Assembly: GCF_035084215.1 (NCBI RefSeq)
Contig: NC_090353.1
Coordinates: 25,296,001-25,360,000 of the forward strand
Length of the DNA stretch: 64,000 nt
Direction of reading: 5' to 3'
Source: Heptranchias perlo
Taxonomy: Eukaryota
Positions 25,668 through 37,636 of the stretch are shown here, one piece after another; position 1 is the stretch's first letter, and each line of letters opens with the position of its first letter. The notes below the pieces were generated by a model. The model saw only the letters and a list, made by a program, of their open reading frames with translations, made no database searches and had not been told where the DNA came from. The position numbers and the translations under genes were made by a program.

Positions 25668-28600
25668 GTAAGAGCTGGAGAAAAAAAATGGCATAAAATA
25701 TGTATTCAAGAAGGTAATCCAGACTCACTGCTTCTCTTGAGGACACTGACTCTTGCTGGAGTAGGACTTCATATGTACTGGTGGTCCTTTGGTACCTACA
25801 GGATTCCTTTTTTACCCAGTATGTGAGAAGCCCATCAAGAGATGAATCACTGCTGGATCTACTAATGGGAAATGAACCAGAACAGATGAGAGAAGTAAGC
25901 ATAGGGGAACATCTAGGCAATAGCAATCATAACATGACAAGGTTTAAAATAATGATTGAGAAAGACATAAGTAAGACAAAGACCAAAGTAATAGATTGGA
26001 AAAAAGCTAATGTTGAGGGGATGAGAATGGAACTAGGTCAGGTAAACTGTAAAGAATTTTTGACAGACAAAGAAATAGAATAACTGTGGATAATATTCAA
26101 AACGGTGATCAATAGAACTCAGGGAGAATATATTCCTCTAAAAAGCAAGAACAAACTAGCCAATAATGAAACACCACGGATGAATAAAGAGATAAGGGTA
26201 AAATTGAAACTAAAGAAAAAGGCATACTTTAAGTACATAGACAATAAAGGAGAGGATGACAATCTTGTAGTTAATACAAAGGAAGAATGCGTCAAAATGC
26301 AAAAGCACGTTAATAAATTTGCAAAATGGGCATGTAATTGGCAAATTAATTTCAATATAGATAAGTGTGAGGTGGTGCATTTTTGTAGGAAGAATAAAGA
26401 GGCCACATACTGCTTGGATAATAAGTCTAAACAGGATAGAGGAGCAATGGGATCTAGAGGTACAGATATACAAATCACTAAAAGTAGCGATGCAGGTTAA
26501 TAAGGACATAAAAAAGGCAAATCAAGCACTAGGGATCATTTCTAGAGGGACAGAATTGAAAAGCAAAGAAATTACGTTAAACTTGTATAGAACATTGGTT
26601 AGAACATACTTGGAGTATATGTGCACAGTTCTGGTCTCCATAATATAGAAAGGATGTAAAGGCATTGGCGGGAGTGCAAAAAAGATTCACAAGAATGATA
26701 CCAGAAATGAGAGGAAGTACTTATCGGGAAAGGCTGAACAGGCTGGGGCTCTTTTCTCTAGAAAAGAGATGGCTGAGGGGTGACCTGATAGAGCTCTTTA
26801 AGACAATGATAGGGTTTTGATAGAGTAGACGTAGAGAAAATGTTTCCACTTGTGGGGGAGTCCAAAACTAGAAGTCACAAATATAAAATAGTCACTAATA
26901 AATTCAACAGGGAATTCAGGAGAAACTTCTTTACCCAAAGAGTGGTAAGAATGCGGAACGCATTACCACAAGGAGTAGTTGGGGCAAATAGCATAGATGC
27001 ATGTAAAGGGAAGCTAGATAAGCACATGAGGGAGAAAGGAATGGAAGGGTATCCTGAAAGGGTTAGATGAGGTCGGGGGGGAGGAGGCTCATGTTGAGCA
27101 TAAACACCGGCAAAGACCAGTTGGGCTGTGCCTGTTTCTGTGCGGTAGTTGTGATGTAACTCGATGTAACTTGTACCAAAGGTCCTCTGCGAAAAGAAAT
27201 ACCTCCTCACATCTAACTAGTTCAATGCTTATGTAACTTAAACGCATATCCCTGGTTCGCCCTAACCTATCTAATTCAAAGAGTTGATCCACATGGACAC
27301 AGTCTAGTTTCTTTATTATTGTTAATATCTCAATCAAATCCCCCCAAAGTGTACACTTTCCAGAGTAAAAGGACCGAGCTCTCTAAACCTACCATGATAA
27401 CTCATGGCTTTTAAACTAGGTATCCATCTTGTGATCCTCCTTTGAATCTTTTCCAGGGCCTTTATATCACCCACCGTGTCAGGGGACCAAAATGGGACAC
27501 AGTATTCTAGATGAGGCCTAACCAAGTTCTTGTAGAAGGACACTGTAGTGCTTTTTTTCTTGTATTGGATTATATCAGCTATACGTCCTAATGCTCTATT
27601 TGCTTTTGCTATAACCTTTCACCACTCATCGTGAACATTTATGATCATTATAAACATTTATTTAGAGACTCATGCATTATGACACTAGGACTATTTCTTG
27701 CTCAAAAGACTTTAGTTAGGAACCCTGCACAGTGTGAACATGCTTGGCAAAACCTCTACCCGTGTGCACTGCACTACATTTATCTATGTCAAATGCCATC
27801 TGGCAGATGTGGACCTATTTCCCCATTGCATCTAGATCTGATTGTAGTTGTTTTTTTTCATCCAAGGTCCTAACATCCAAGCATAAATCTGTGTTATCCA
27901 TAAACTAATGGACAATTTCCCCAACACCTCCATCGAGATCATTAATATAGATCGTGACATGGTCCCGTCAGCAGTGACCTCCAGGTCTGTCACAGGTCAG
28001 AAGGCTTAACTGAAACAGCAGTTGCCTACAGTTAGGTTCTGCCAGTGTTACCCCTTCCCTGTTGTTTATTTCTTCTTTTCTTTCCCTTGTATTTGTTTTG
28101 AAGGACCTTTTTTTCCCCATGACCTGTTGCCTGCTGTCTTCACTCCTGGCCACCATTACTCATGCAGGTCTCTCCTCCCAGTGAACCTGACTCCAGTCAC
28201 TCCTTCCCACTCACTGCCTGTCATCTTTCCCCAGTCAGATGCCTCGTCCCGATGCTCATCTGCACCCTTGTGCCACCCACTGCCACCCCTGCCATGTGAT
28301 CTGTCAGCAATCCTTTCTTCCTGCTGGCTCTATTTTAGTGCTTACCTGCCCACTTCCCACAGCCCAAACCTCAGGCTTTCTGTCCCCTCTTGGTAATCCT
28401 CTCTTGCTACTGGTTACGCAGCACTGTTTTTGAAGATATGCGCTAGAATGAGGAGACCCACTGAGGCAAGTATCCTCACAAATCTTCCATTTCATTCACT
28501 AATGAAGTTGAAATCCTGTTCCCAGCCAAGGTGAAACAGGCATTGTTTTCAAACAAAAATATTGGCCACATCCTTCAATACTTTGAGGTGTGATGGAAGA

Positions 28601-28853
28601 ACAATGTGATATGCATTTTGTTACAGCAAAATAATTGAGGATACGTATCCATATTGATTTGTAGAATTGAACTGTGCTTTTGATGGATACTAGTTCTCTT
28701 AATACCTGGTGGTCATACAGATTACATTACTGTTTAATTATTGCATTCTCAGCAGCCAATCAGACTACATAATGTAAATAATTAATCTACAAATGACAGT
28801 GAATAAGTCACATTTGAATGATAATAATAATCCTTATGCTACTATCTCTACAG

Positions 28854-28961
28854 TCCAATGCCAAGCAACAACCTGCAACAGAAGAGGCACGTGTATTGAA
28901 TTGGCTAATGGTTTTAGTTGCACCTGTGACCAAGGTTTTTATGGAAATAATTGTGAAAATG
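28854..28961 (+). CDS. EGF exon copy 4
   Basis: Identical 108-bp exon with intact ag/gt sites. Confidence 0.85.
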
Positions 28962-31900
28962 GTAAGAGCTGGAGAAAAAAAATGGCATAAAATATGTATT
29001 CAAGAAGGTAATCCAGACTCACTGCTTCTCTTGAGGACACTGACTCTTGCTGGAGTAGGACTTCATATGTACTGGTGGTCCTTTGGTACCTACAGGATTC
29101 CTTTTTTACCCAGTATGTGAGAAGCCCATCAAGAGATGAATCACTGCTGGATCTACTAATGGGAAATGAACCAGAACAGATGAGAGAAGTAAGCATAGGG
29201 GAACATCTAGGCAATAGCAATCATAACATGACAAGGTTTAAAATAATGATTGAGAAAGACATAAGTAAGACAAAGACCAAAGTAATAGATTGGAAAAAAG
29301 CTAATGTTGAGGGGATGAGAATGGAACTAGGTCAGGTAAACTGTAAAGAATTTTTGACAGACAAAGAAATAGAATAACTGTGGATAATATTCAAAACGGT
29401 GATCAATAGAACTCAGGGAGAATATATTCCTCTAAAAAGCAAGAACAAACTAGCCAATAATGAAACACCACGGATGAATAAAGAGATAAGGGTAAAATTG
29501 AAACTAAAGAAAAAGGCATACTTTAAGTACATAGACAATAAAGGAGAGGATGACAATCTTGTAGTTAATACAAAGGAAGAATGCGTCAAAATGCAAAAGC
29601 ACGTTAATAAATTTGCAAAATGGGCATGTAATTGGCAAATTAATTTCAATATAGATAAGTGTGAGGTGGTGCATTTTTGTAGGAAGAATAAAGAGGCCAC
29701 ATACTGCTTGGATAATAAGTCTAAACAGGATAGAGGAGCAATGGGATCTAGAGGTACAGATATACAAATCACTAAAAGTAGCGATGCAGGTTAATAAGGA
29801 CATAAAAAAGGCAAATCAAGCACTAGGGATCATTTCTAGAGGGACAGAATTGAAAAGCAAAGAAATTACGTTAAACTTGTATAGAACATTGGTTAGAACA
29901 TACTTGGAGTATTGTGCACAGTTCTGGTCTCCATAATATGGAAAGGATGTAAAGGCATTGGAGGGAGTGCAAAAAAGATTCACAAGAATGATACCAGAAA
30001 TGAGAGGAAGTACTTATCGGGAAAGGCTGAACAGGCTGGGGCTCTTTTCTCTAGAAAAGAGATGGCTGAGGGGTGACCTGATAGAGCTCTTTAAGACAAT
30101 GATAGGGTTTTGATAGAGTAGACGTAGAGAAAATGTTTCCACTTGTGGGGGAGTCCAAAACTAGAAGTCACAAATATAAAATAGTCACTAATAAATTCAA
30201 CAGGGAATTCAGGAGAAACTTCTTTACCCAAAGAGTGGTAAGAATGCGGAACGCATTACCACAAGGAGTAGTTGGGGCAAATAGCATAGATGCATGTAAA
30301 GGGAAGCTAGATAAGCACATGAGGGAGAAAGGAATGGAAGGGTATCCTGAAAGGGTTAGATGAGGTCGGGGGGGAGGAGGCTCATGTTGAGCATAAACAC
30401 CGGCAAAGACCAGTTGGGCTGTGCCTGTTTCTGTGCGGTAGTTGTGATGTAACTCGATGTAACTTGTACCAAAGGTCCTCTGCGAAAAGAAATACCTCCT
30501 CACATCTAACTAGTTCAATGCTTATGTAACTTAAACGCATATCCCTGGTTCGCCCTAACCTATCTAATTCAAAGAGTTGATCCACATGGACACAGTCTAG
30601 TTTCTATATTATTGTTAATATCTCAATCAAATCCCCCCAAAGTGTACACTTTCCAGAGTAAAAGGACCGAGCTCTCTAAACCTACCATGATAACTCATGG
30701 CTTTTAAACTAGGTATCCATCTTGTGATCCTCCTTTGAATCTTTTCCAGGGCCTTTATATCACCCACCGTGTCAGGGGACCAAAATGGGACACAGTATTC
30801 TAGATGAGGCCTAACCAAGTTCTTGTAGAAGGACACTGTAGTGCTTTTTTTCTTGTATTGGATTATATCAGCTATACGTCCTAATGCTCTATTTGCTTTT
30901 GCTATAACCTTTCACCACTCATCGTGAACATTTATGATCATTATAAACATTTATTTAGAGACTCATGCATTATGACACTAGGACTATTTCTTGCTCAAAA
31001 GACTTTAGTTAGGAACCCTGCACAGTGTGAACATGCTTGGCAAAACCTCTACCCGTGTGCACTGCACTACATTTATCTATGTCAAATGCCATCTGGCAGA
31101 TGTGGACCTATTTCCCCATTGCATCTAGATCTGATTGTAGTTGTTTTTTTTCATCCAAGGTCCTAACATCCAAGCATAAATCTGTGTTATCCATAAACTA
31201 ATGGACAATTTCCCCAACACCTCCATCGAGATCATTAATATAGATCGTGACATGGTCCCGTCAGCAGTGACCTCCAGGTCTGTCACAGGTCAGAAGGCTT
31301 AACTGAAGCAGTAGTTGTCTACAGTTAAATTCGGCCAGTGTTACCCCTTCCCTGCTTTTTATTTCTTCTTTTCTTTCCCTGGTACTTTTTTTGAAGGCCT
31401 GTTGCCTGCTGCCTTCACTCCTGGCCACTATTACTCCTGTGGGTCTTGCCTTCCAGTTAACCTGACTCCAGTCACTCCTTCCCACTCACTGCCTGTTGCC
31501 TCTCCCCAGTCAGGTGCCTCATCTGGATGCTCACCTGCACCCTTGTGCCACCCACTGCCACCCCTGCCATGTGATCTGTCAGCAGTTCTTTCTTCCAGCT
31601 GGCTCTATTTTAGTGCTTACCTGCCCACTTCCCACAGCCCAAACCTCAGGTTTTCTGTCCCCTCTTGGTAATCCTCTCTTGCTACTGGTTACGCAGCACT
31701 GTGTTTGAAGATATGAGCTGGAATGAGGAGCCCATTGAGGCAAGTATCCTCACAAATCTTCCATTTCATTCACTAATGAAGTTGAAATCCTGTTCCCAGC
31801 CAAGGTGAAACAGGCATTGTTTTGAAACAAAAATATTGGCCACATCCTTCAATACTTTGAGGTGTGATGGAAGAACAATGTGATATGCATTTTATCACAG

Positions 31901-32127
31901 CAAAATAATTGAGGATACGTATCCATATTAATTTGTAGAATTGAACTGTGCTTTTGTTGGATACTAGTTCTCTTAATACCAGGTGGTCATACAGATTACA
32001 TTACTGTTTAATTAATGCATTCTCAGCAGCCAATCAGACTACATAATGTAAATAATTAATCTACAAATGACAGCGAATAAGTCACATTTGAATGATAATA
32101 TTAATGCTTGTGCTAATATCTCTACAG

Positions 32128-32235
32128 TCCAATGCCAAGCAACAACCTGCAACAGAAGAGGCACATGTATTGAATTGGCTAATGGTTTTAGTTGCACCTG
32201 TGACCAAGGTTTTTATGGAAATAATTGTGAAAATG
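32128..32235 (+). CDS. EGF exon copy 5
   Basis: 108-bp exon encoding the same peptide, with one synonymous change (ACG>ACA) and intact splice sites. Confidence 0.9.
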
Positions 32236-32924
32236 GTAAGAGCTGGAGAAAAAAATGGCATAAAATATGTATTCAAGAAGGTAATCCAGTCTCACTGCTT
32301 CTTTTGAGAACATGTTTCAAACTGTTGCTCTGGCTGAGATCAGTTAACTCAGCACAGCCCATGAATGAAATGGGATCTTTTGGCCTTGTTAGCTCTGCAT
32401 CACACCGGGCAGAGTCTTTGATAATTGAGACAGTGCATGTTTTTTAAGTGAATGTAGATCAAAAATCCAAAATTATTTCCCATTTGCAACCTTTGCTTTC
32501 ATTCCTGCTTAAGTCAATCATTTTAACTTTTATATATTTGCCCAGACTTACTGATTACAGCATATAGGTTTTCAAAGTCCCTAAAGGTCCAGAACAGGTC
32601 TCAGAGAGTCCACATAGTCCTCAGGTTTCTGCCCATATGTCATCAGGATTTTGCATTTATTGACTTACTTGTACATTATTTCATTTGCTGTATAATAATA
32701 AATATTTTCTGCAACAATAGCGCCATTTTCCTTTAGGTAGCTAGCACTGTCTTTCAGAAGTTAGGACAGGGTCTCCTGGTACGTCTCAATACTTTTAGTG
32801 GTGGCCCCACACAGAAAAGTTTGAAAACCATTTGTTTACAGCACAAATTACAACGTGTGGCATGACCTTTTGGTCTCTGTATTCATAACACAAAAAACCC
32901 TGCATTAATCTCTTTGTTTTACAG

Positions 32925-33110
32925 TTACGTCATGCCCAGTCATTACAAAACCAGACCATAGCGCAGTTAAATGTGAAGGAACACACGGCAAGAACCATTT
33001 CCAATCTGTGTGCACATTTATTTGTGATCAAGGATTTATTCTGAATGGGAATAATTCATCAACATGCCGAGCGTCAGGCTCCTGGACGACCTACAATACA
33101 ATCTGCCATG
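32925..33110 (+). CDS. Selectin-like gene sushi/CCP exon
   Basis: ttttacag|TT...CAT G|gtcagt, 186 bp, phase 1-1. Encodes VTSCPVITKPDHSAVKCEGTHGKNHFQSVCTFICDQGFILNGNNSSTCRASGSWTTYNTICH, the 6-Cys CCP pattern and exon size typical of selectins. Not in the ORF track. Confidence 0.92.
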
Positions 33111-34289
33111 GTCAGTGTGCTAGTTTATTAAAAGCAAATTGTAATATTTGATAAAGTTTATGGTTAGATGAATTTGAATAAGTTACTGGTTCCTTCAAAG
33201 TGAGTTTTTGTGTAAGTTCTGACATTTTTGATGCAATATAATTTGCTATGTTGGCACGAGGTAACTTTTCTTATATTAAACCTGTAAGCATATTTAATAC
33301 ACAGCTTTATAAAACAGCATCAATGGTACCGTGCCACTGCAGGTTCTAAATATTAGTTGATCCCCCAGGGTGTTGAGACAAAGTGCAGTATTCAAATCAA
33401 GGCTAGTGGGGGTTTGGAGGAAGAAGGCAGATGGGAGAAAGTGGGAGAGAGAAGGGTCTTGAACCCACAATTTTTTGACTCAGAGGCAAGAGTACTACCA
33501 ACTGAGCCAAGCAGAGTTCTTAGCCCTTTATGGTGAGAATATCTTCACTTCTCCTGATGTCTAGGTATGTTGTTGTAACGTGCCCAGGATGTTACCAAAA
33601 TGTACCTAATTTTTCCTTGTCTATTGGATCAATCCTCTGCCTGCACAAGACCTTCCTCTTTGAAACTTCCAAACGAACTCAATAATTTGAACAGTTCACA
33701 CTCATAAATATTCCCCAGCAGTTATAAAGTTGAATAAATTTGTCAGCTAAATTTAAAAGTAACTGCCAATCATACACATAATCTAGCAAATCACACAATA
33801 TATTTTGTTTGAATGTGACATGTCTCCCCAATCCAGTCGATATGAACAGAAACATATGAAATATTTGTGTCAAATAAAATTTTTACCACATCAGCTACAT
33901 GTCAAATCTTACCTCATCATGGCACCTATCTCCAAGCAAAAGAAAAACCTGAATAAACTAGATTACATAATTCAGCTATCTTATCCTTGCCAAGCTTTAT
34001 TGACCCTGCACCTAGCTTATCTAATTCAAATATCTTGTATTCATTTTCAAATCTCTCTATGGCCATGGCTCCAACTAAACGTTTCAGACTCTTATTTATT
34101 ACTTCCCCATTTTCTCAACTCTACTACCAGTGGCCAATCATTCAGTCACTATGTGTTGCCCATTTGAACTCTCGTATTAAACCACTGTCACACCACTTCT
34201 CTCACTTCCTTCAAAAGCTTCTTAAAAATATCTCCTCCACCATATTTCCCTCCCCCCACTTAATTTCGGTGTCAGCTTGGCTCATGCCC

Positions 34290-34670
34290 ACCTGAGGTAG
34301 CAGGTTCTGGGTTCAAGCCCCATTCTAGAAATGGAGCACATAATCTAGGCTGACACTTCAGTGCAGGAGTGAGGAGGTGCTGCATTGTCAGATGAAATAT
34401 TAAACCGAAGCCCTGACCGTCTTTTCAGGTGGACAAAAAAGATCCCTTAGCATTATTCAATGAAGAATAGGAAGATTTTGTGGTGTTCTGGCCAAAATTC
34501 CTCCTTCAAATAACAGCACCCAAAATCAGATTAACTGGACGTTTATCTAATGTTTCTGTTTATGCATAAATTGGCTGTCGCATTTGCCTACAAAACAACT
34601 AAAACTACACTTCAATATTACTTAATTGGCTATAAAGTGCTTTGGGACATCCTGAAGATGTGATATAAAT
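34290..34670 (+). mobile_element. tRNA-derived Deu-domain-type SINE (second copy on - at ~57000-57340)
   Basis: B-box-like GGTTCAAGCCC, then GAGCACATAATCTAGGCTGACAC...GTGCTGCATTGTCAGATGA core and an L2-like tail. Confidence 0.6.
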
Positions 34671-35139
34671 TCAAATTCTTTCTTTTTTTTTCTGTGCCCA
34701 CTTGATGTTCTCTTTCTCCTCATTAAGTGCCACAAGGCATTCTCCTGAGTGAGGGGGTCTATACCAATATAAATTGTTGTTGTTGAGGGAACAGGTAACA
34801 TCAATGAAACGACCGCCTTGTAATCAATCCTGGGCATCCATTATTGCCTAAACCTTGCTGAATGCTCCAACTCTGGATTTTAAATTGTTAATTTACATAA
34901 TTTTTCCTTTTTAAAGAAAAATTTGACTATTATTGAAAATAGTCAGCTAATAGTTGGCAACATGAGAATCTTGTGGACACAAGAACTCTGCGTATGCATG
35001 CTTCAGACGGTAAATTTTGATTGTTTTCAAAGCGCAGATGGGAGTGGCCACACTCTCAAAACATTTATATTATCTCTCCGTAGGTTTGTAAAGTACCCAG
35101 GACCCCCTGAACACTTTTTAAACTACAACAACAACAATA

Positions 35140-35480
35140 AGAATAACAACTTGCATTTATATATCGCCTTTAACGTAGTAAAACGTCCCCAGGCCACTTC
35201 ACAGGAGCATTATCGAACAAAATTTGACACTGAGCCACATTAGGAGATATTAGGACAGGTGATCAAAAGCTTGTCAAAGAAGCAGGTTTTAAGGAGGGTC
35301 TTAAAGGAGAAGAGAGAGGTAGAGAGGCGGAGAGGTTTAGGGAAGGAATTCCAGAGCTTAGGGCCTAGGCAGTGATTTGAAGGCAAAATTGGGGATGTGC
35401 AAGAGGCCAGAATTGGAAGGGTGCAGAGACCTTGGAGGGTGGTAGGGCTGGAGGAGGTTACAGAGATAGGGAGGGACTAG
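35140..35480 (-). mobile_element. L2-type LINE 3' end (similar relics at ~41560-42000 and ~45455-45790)
   Basis: (AAC)n tail followed by AACTTGCATTTATATATCGCCTTTAACGTAGTAAAACGTCCC and a purine-rich body. Confidence 0.7.
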
Positions 35481-35598
35481 GCTTGACACTGCACAGGATT
35501 TATACTCCATGCAGTGTTAACCTGGAGAGACCCATCCTCCAGGGAATCTCACACCACATCTCTCTGGAGTCAGATCAGAACCCAACTTCAGAGTCATA

Positions 35599-37636
35599 GG
35601 GGTCGATTTTAGCACCCGCGATCGGGTGCATTCCTGGGGGGGGGGAGCTCCGAAAATCGGGGGATTCCCAGGGCGGGTCGGGAGCCCGGCTCCAACCTGC
35701 CCACTTCCGGGTTTCCCACAGACACGCTGACATGCGCCCGCAGCCCCCGCATGTGGGACTCCCGCCAGCAATTAAAGCCGGCGGGGTGCCACTTAAAGTA
35801 TTTATTTTGGTATTTCAGGTCGTTTACAGACCTGATTAACGAGATATTTTAGGAGGGTTGGGATTTTACAAACAACTGGGACTGTTTCCCATACAGGGGG
35901 AAACACTTCCAGTTCAAATGGACGTGTTGCAGCCATCAGCCTGTGGCAGCTGCAAAGGTCCATTTGACAGGTGAGGGGGGGAGACCCTCACTCATTGCAG
36001 GAGGCCACTCTGTCACTTTGGACAAAGTTTGGCCTCCACCACCCTCCTCCTAACAATAAAATTCACGAACTTGCACACTTACCCCGGTGTCCAGACACAT
36101 GTACCTACCTTGTGGACCCCCTCAGATGTACATCTTCTGGATGGGGGCCGCCATAGCTGCAGTCATGACCTTCTTGGAGGGCGAACAGCATCACCAACCT
36201 CGCCGGCCACGCCGTCCACCTCTGACACGTGGAGCTCCACAACACAGTGCTGTGACACATCCACCTGCACAGCAGGAGGGAGGGCAACGGCAGAGAGAGA
36301 TGCGTTGCAGAGGGCAATACCCTCGCCACAGGGTCCACAGACCGAGGCTCAGCTTCCTGGACCTCTCTGAGCAGCAGTGCACACGGAGGCTCAGAGTCAC
36401 TCGACATGTAGTCGTGGACATCTGCAGCCTCTTTCATGCCGAGCTGCTCCCGGCTGGCCTGAGCACCATCTTCTTACCTGTCGCTGTCAAAGTCACCACT
36501 GCCCTCAACAACTTCTCCTCCGCATCCTTCCAGGGTGCCACCGGGGACATCGCCGACGTCTCTCAGTCGTCTGCACAAAAGAGCCCTGCAAATACACCTA
36601 CACCACTCTGCAGTGACACAATGGGTGTCATCAGTTGTGGGTCTTCATAATGATCCTCAGGAAAGGGCATTATTGCACAAACCAGACAAGATTCGCAAAG
36701 ACGTGGCAGTAGTGGTGCCAATATAATATGTAATGTGAGTTGATCAGAAATTAAATAGAAGTAAAAATTATGACAAACCCTCAAACACCCTTGTGCATCC
36801 CCTTCAAGCTCACGACAGGTTTGCCTTACGCTGCCTACTGCACATATGTGATGCATGCCCTGTGGCTGCAGCACAGGTAGTGGCAGGTTGAGTGAGGCTG
36901 ACTGTGAAAGAGATGCATGAGAGGGTGCGTATGAGATAGAGCCATGAGATTGTATGAGGATTGGGTTGAGTGGTAGTGGCGGGATGATTACTGGCGAGGT
37001 GAGTAAGTGCAGGTAAGATGAGGATGAGGTTTGAGTGGGTGTGAGGGGTGATGTGATAGAGTAGTGTTGGCAGTGCAGAAGGAGATGTGGGGTGTGGGCG
37101 GTGATGTGGCAGACGGAGTGTAGGGCAATGAGTAAGTGTACTCACTTTGGCTGACCTATTTAGGTCATTGCAGCGCCTCCTGCACTGTATGCTGGTGGTG
37201 CAGGTGACGTCCTCTGCCACCTCGAGCCAGGCCTTCTTGGTGGCAGAGGCAGGCCGCTTCCTCCCGCCCGCCGGGGGGAAGATCTCTGTCCTCCCCCTCC
37301 TCCTCACCCCATCCAATGATACCTGGAGTGAGGCATCATTAAACCTGGGAGCAGCCTTCCCCCTGGGCTGCTCCATGCTGTACTTTTTCCTATTTCTTGC
37401 AGCATCAGTCAGTGGAGGACTGCCCCTTTAAATAGAGCTCCTCCAGCTGACAGACCTTACTGCGCATGCGCAGTCCACCCGCCACGCAGCTTAGCAGCGG
37501 GGAACCCGGAACAAGAGGTAAGTGGATCCAATCAGCCTGCGAGTGCACGCGGGGCAGACTAATTTCACCGGGCGCGTTACCCACGCGCCCAATCGACCCC
37601 CTGCCACGAACCCGCCACCCTGGTAATATCGGGCCC
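35599..37636 (-). mobile_element. PIF/Harbinger element, inverted relative to 8614-10326, with a Myb/SANT-like gene (-) and a HARBI1-like transposase N-terminus (+)
   Basis: TIRs GGGGTCGATTTTA / TAATATCGGGCCC with ATA/GTA flanks. ORF 36087 ..HRPRLSFLDLSEQQCTRRLRVTRHVVVDIC..LPVAVKVTTALNNFSSASFQGATGDIADVSQSS is a Harbinger transposase N-terminus with no DDE domain. ORF 37376- is Myb/SANT-like. Confidence 0.88.

Larger units (their letters stand above)
17330..32310 (+). repeat. Tandem array of ~4.5 units of ~3.29 kb (CR1- fragment / EGF exon / CR1+ fragment)
   Basis: EGF exon spacings are 3294, 3283, 3294 and 3274 bp, and identical ORF sets recur in the ORF track. Confidence 0.97.

Noticed and set aside
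17330-32310. CRISPR-like or prokaryotic repeat system
   Set aside because: Units are kb-scale with no repeat-spacer structure, and the context is spliced vertebrate genes.
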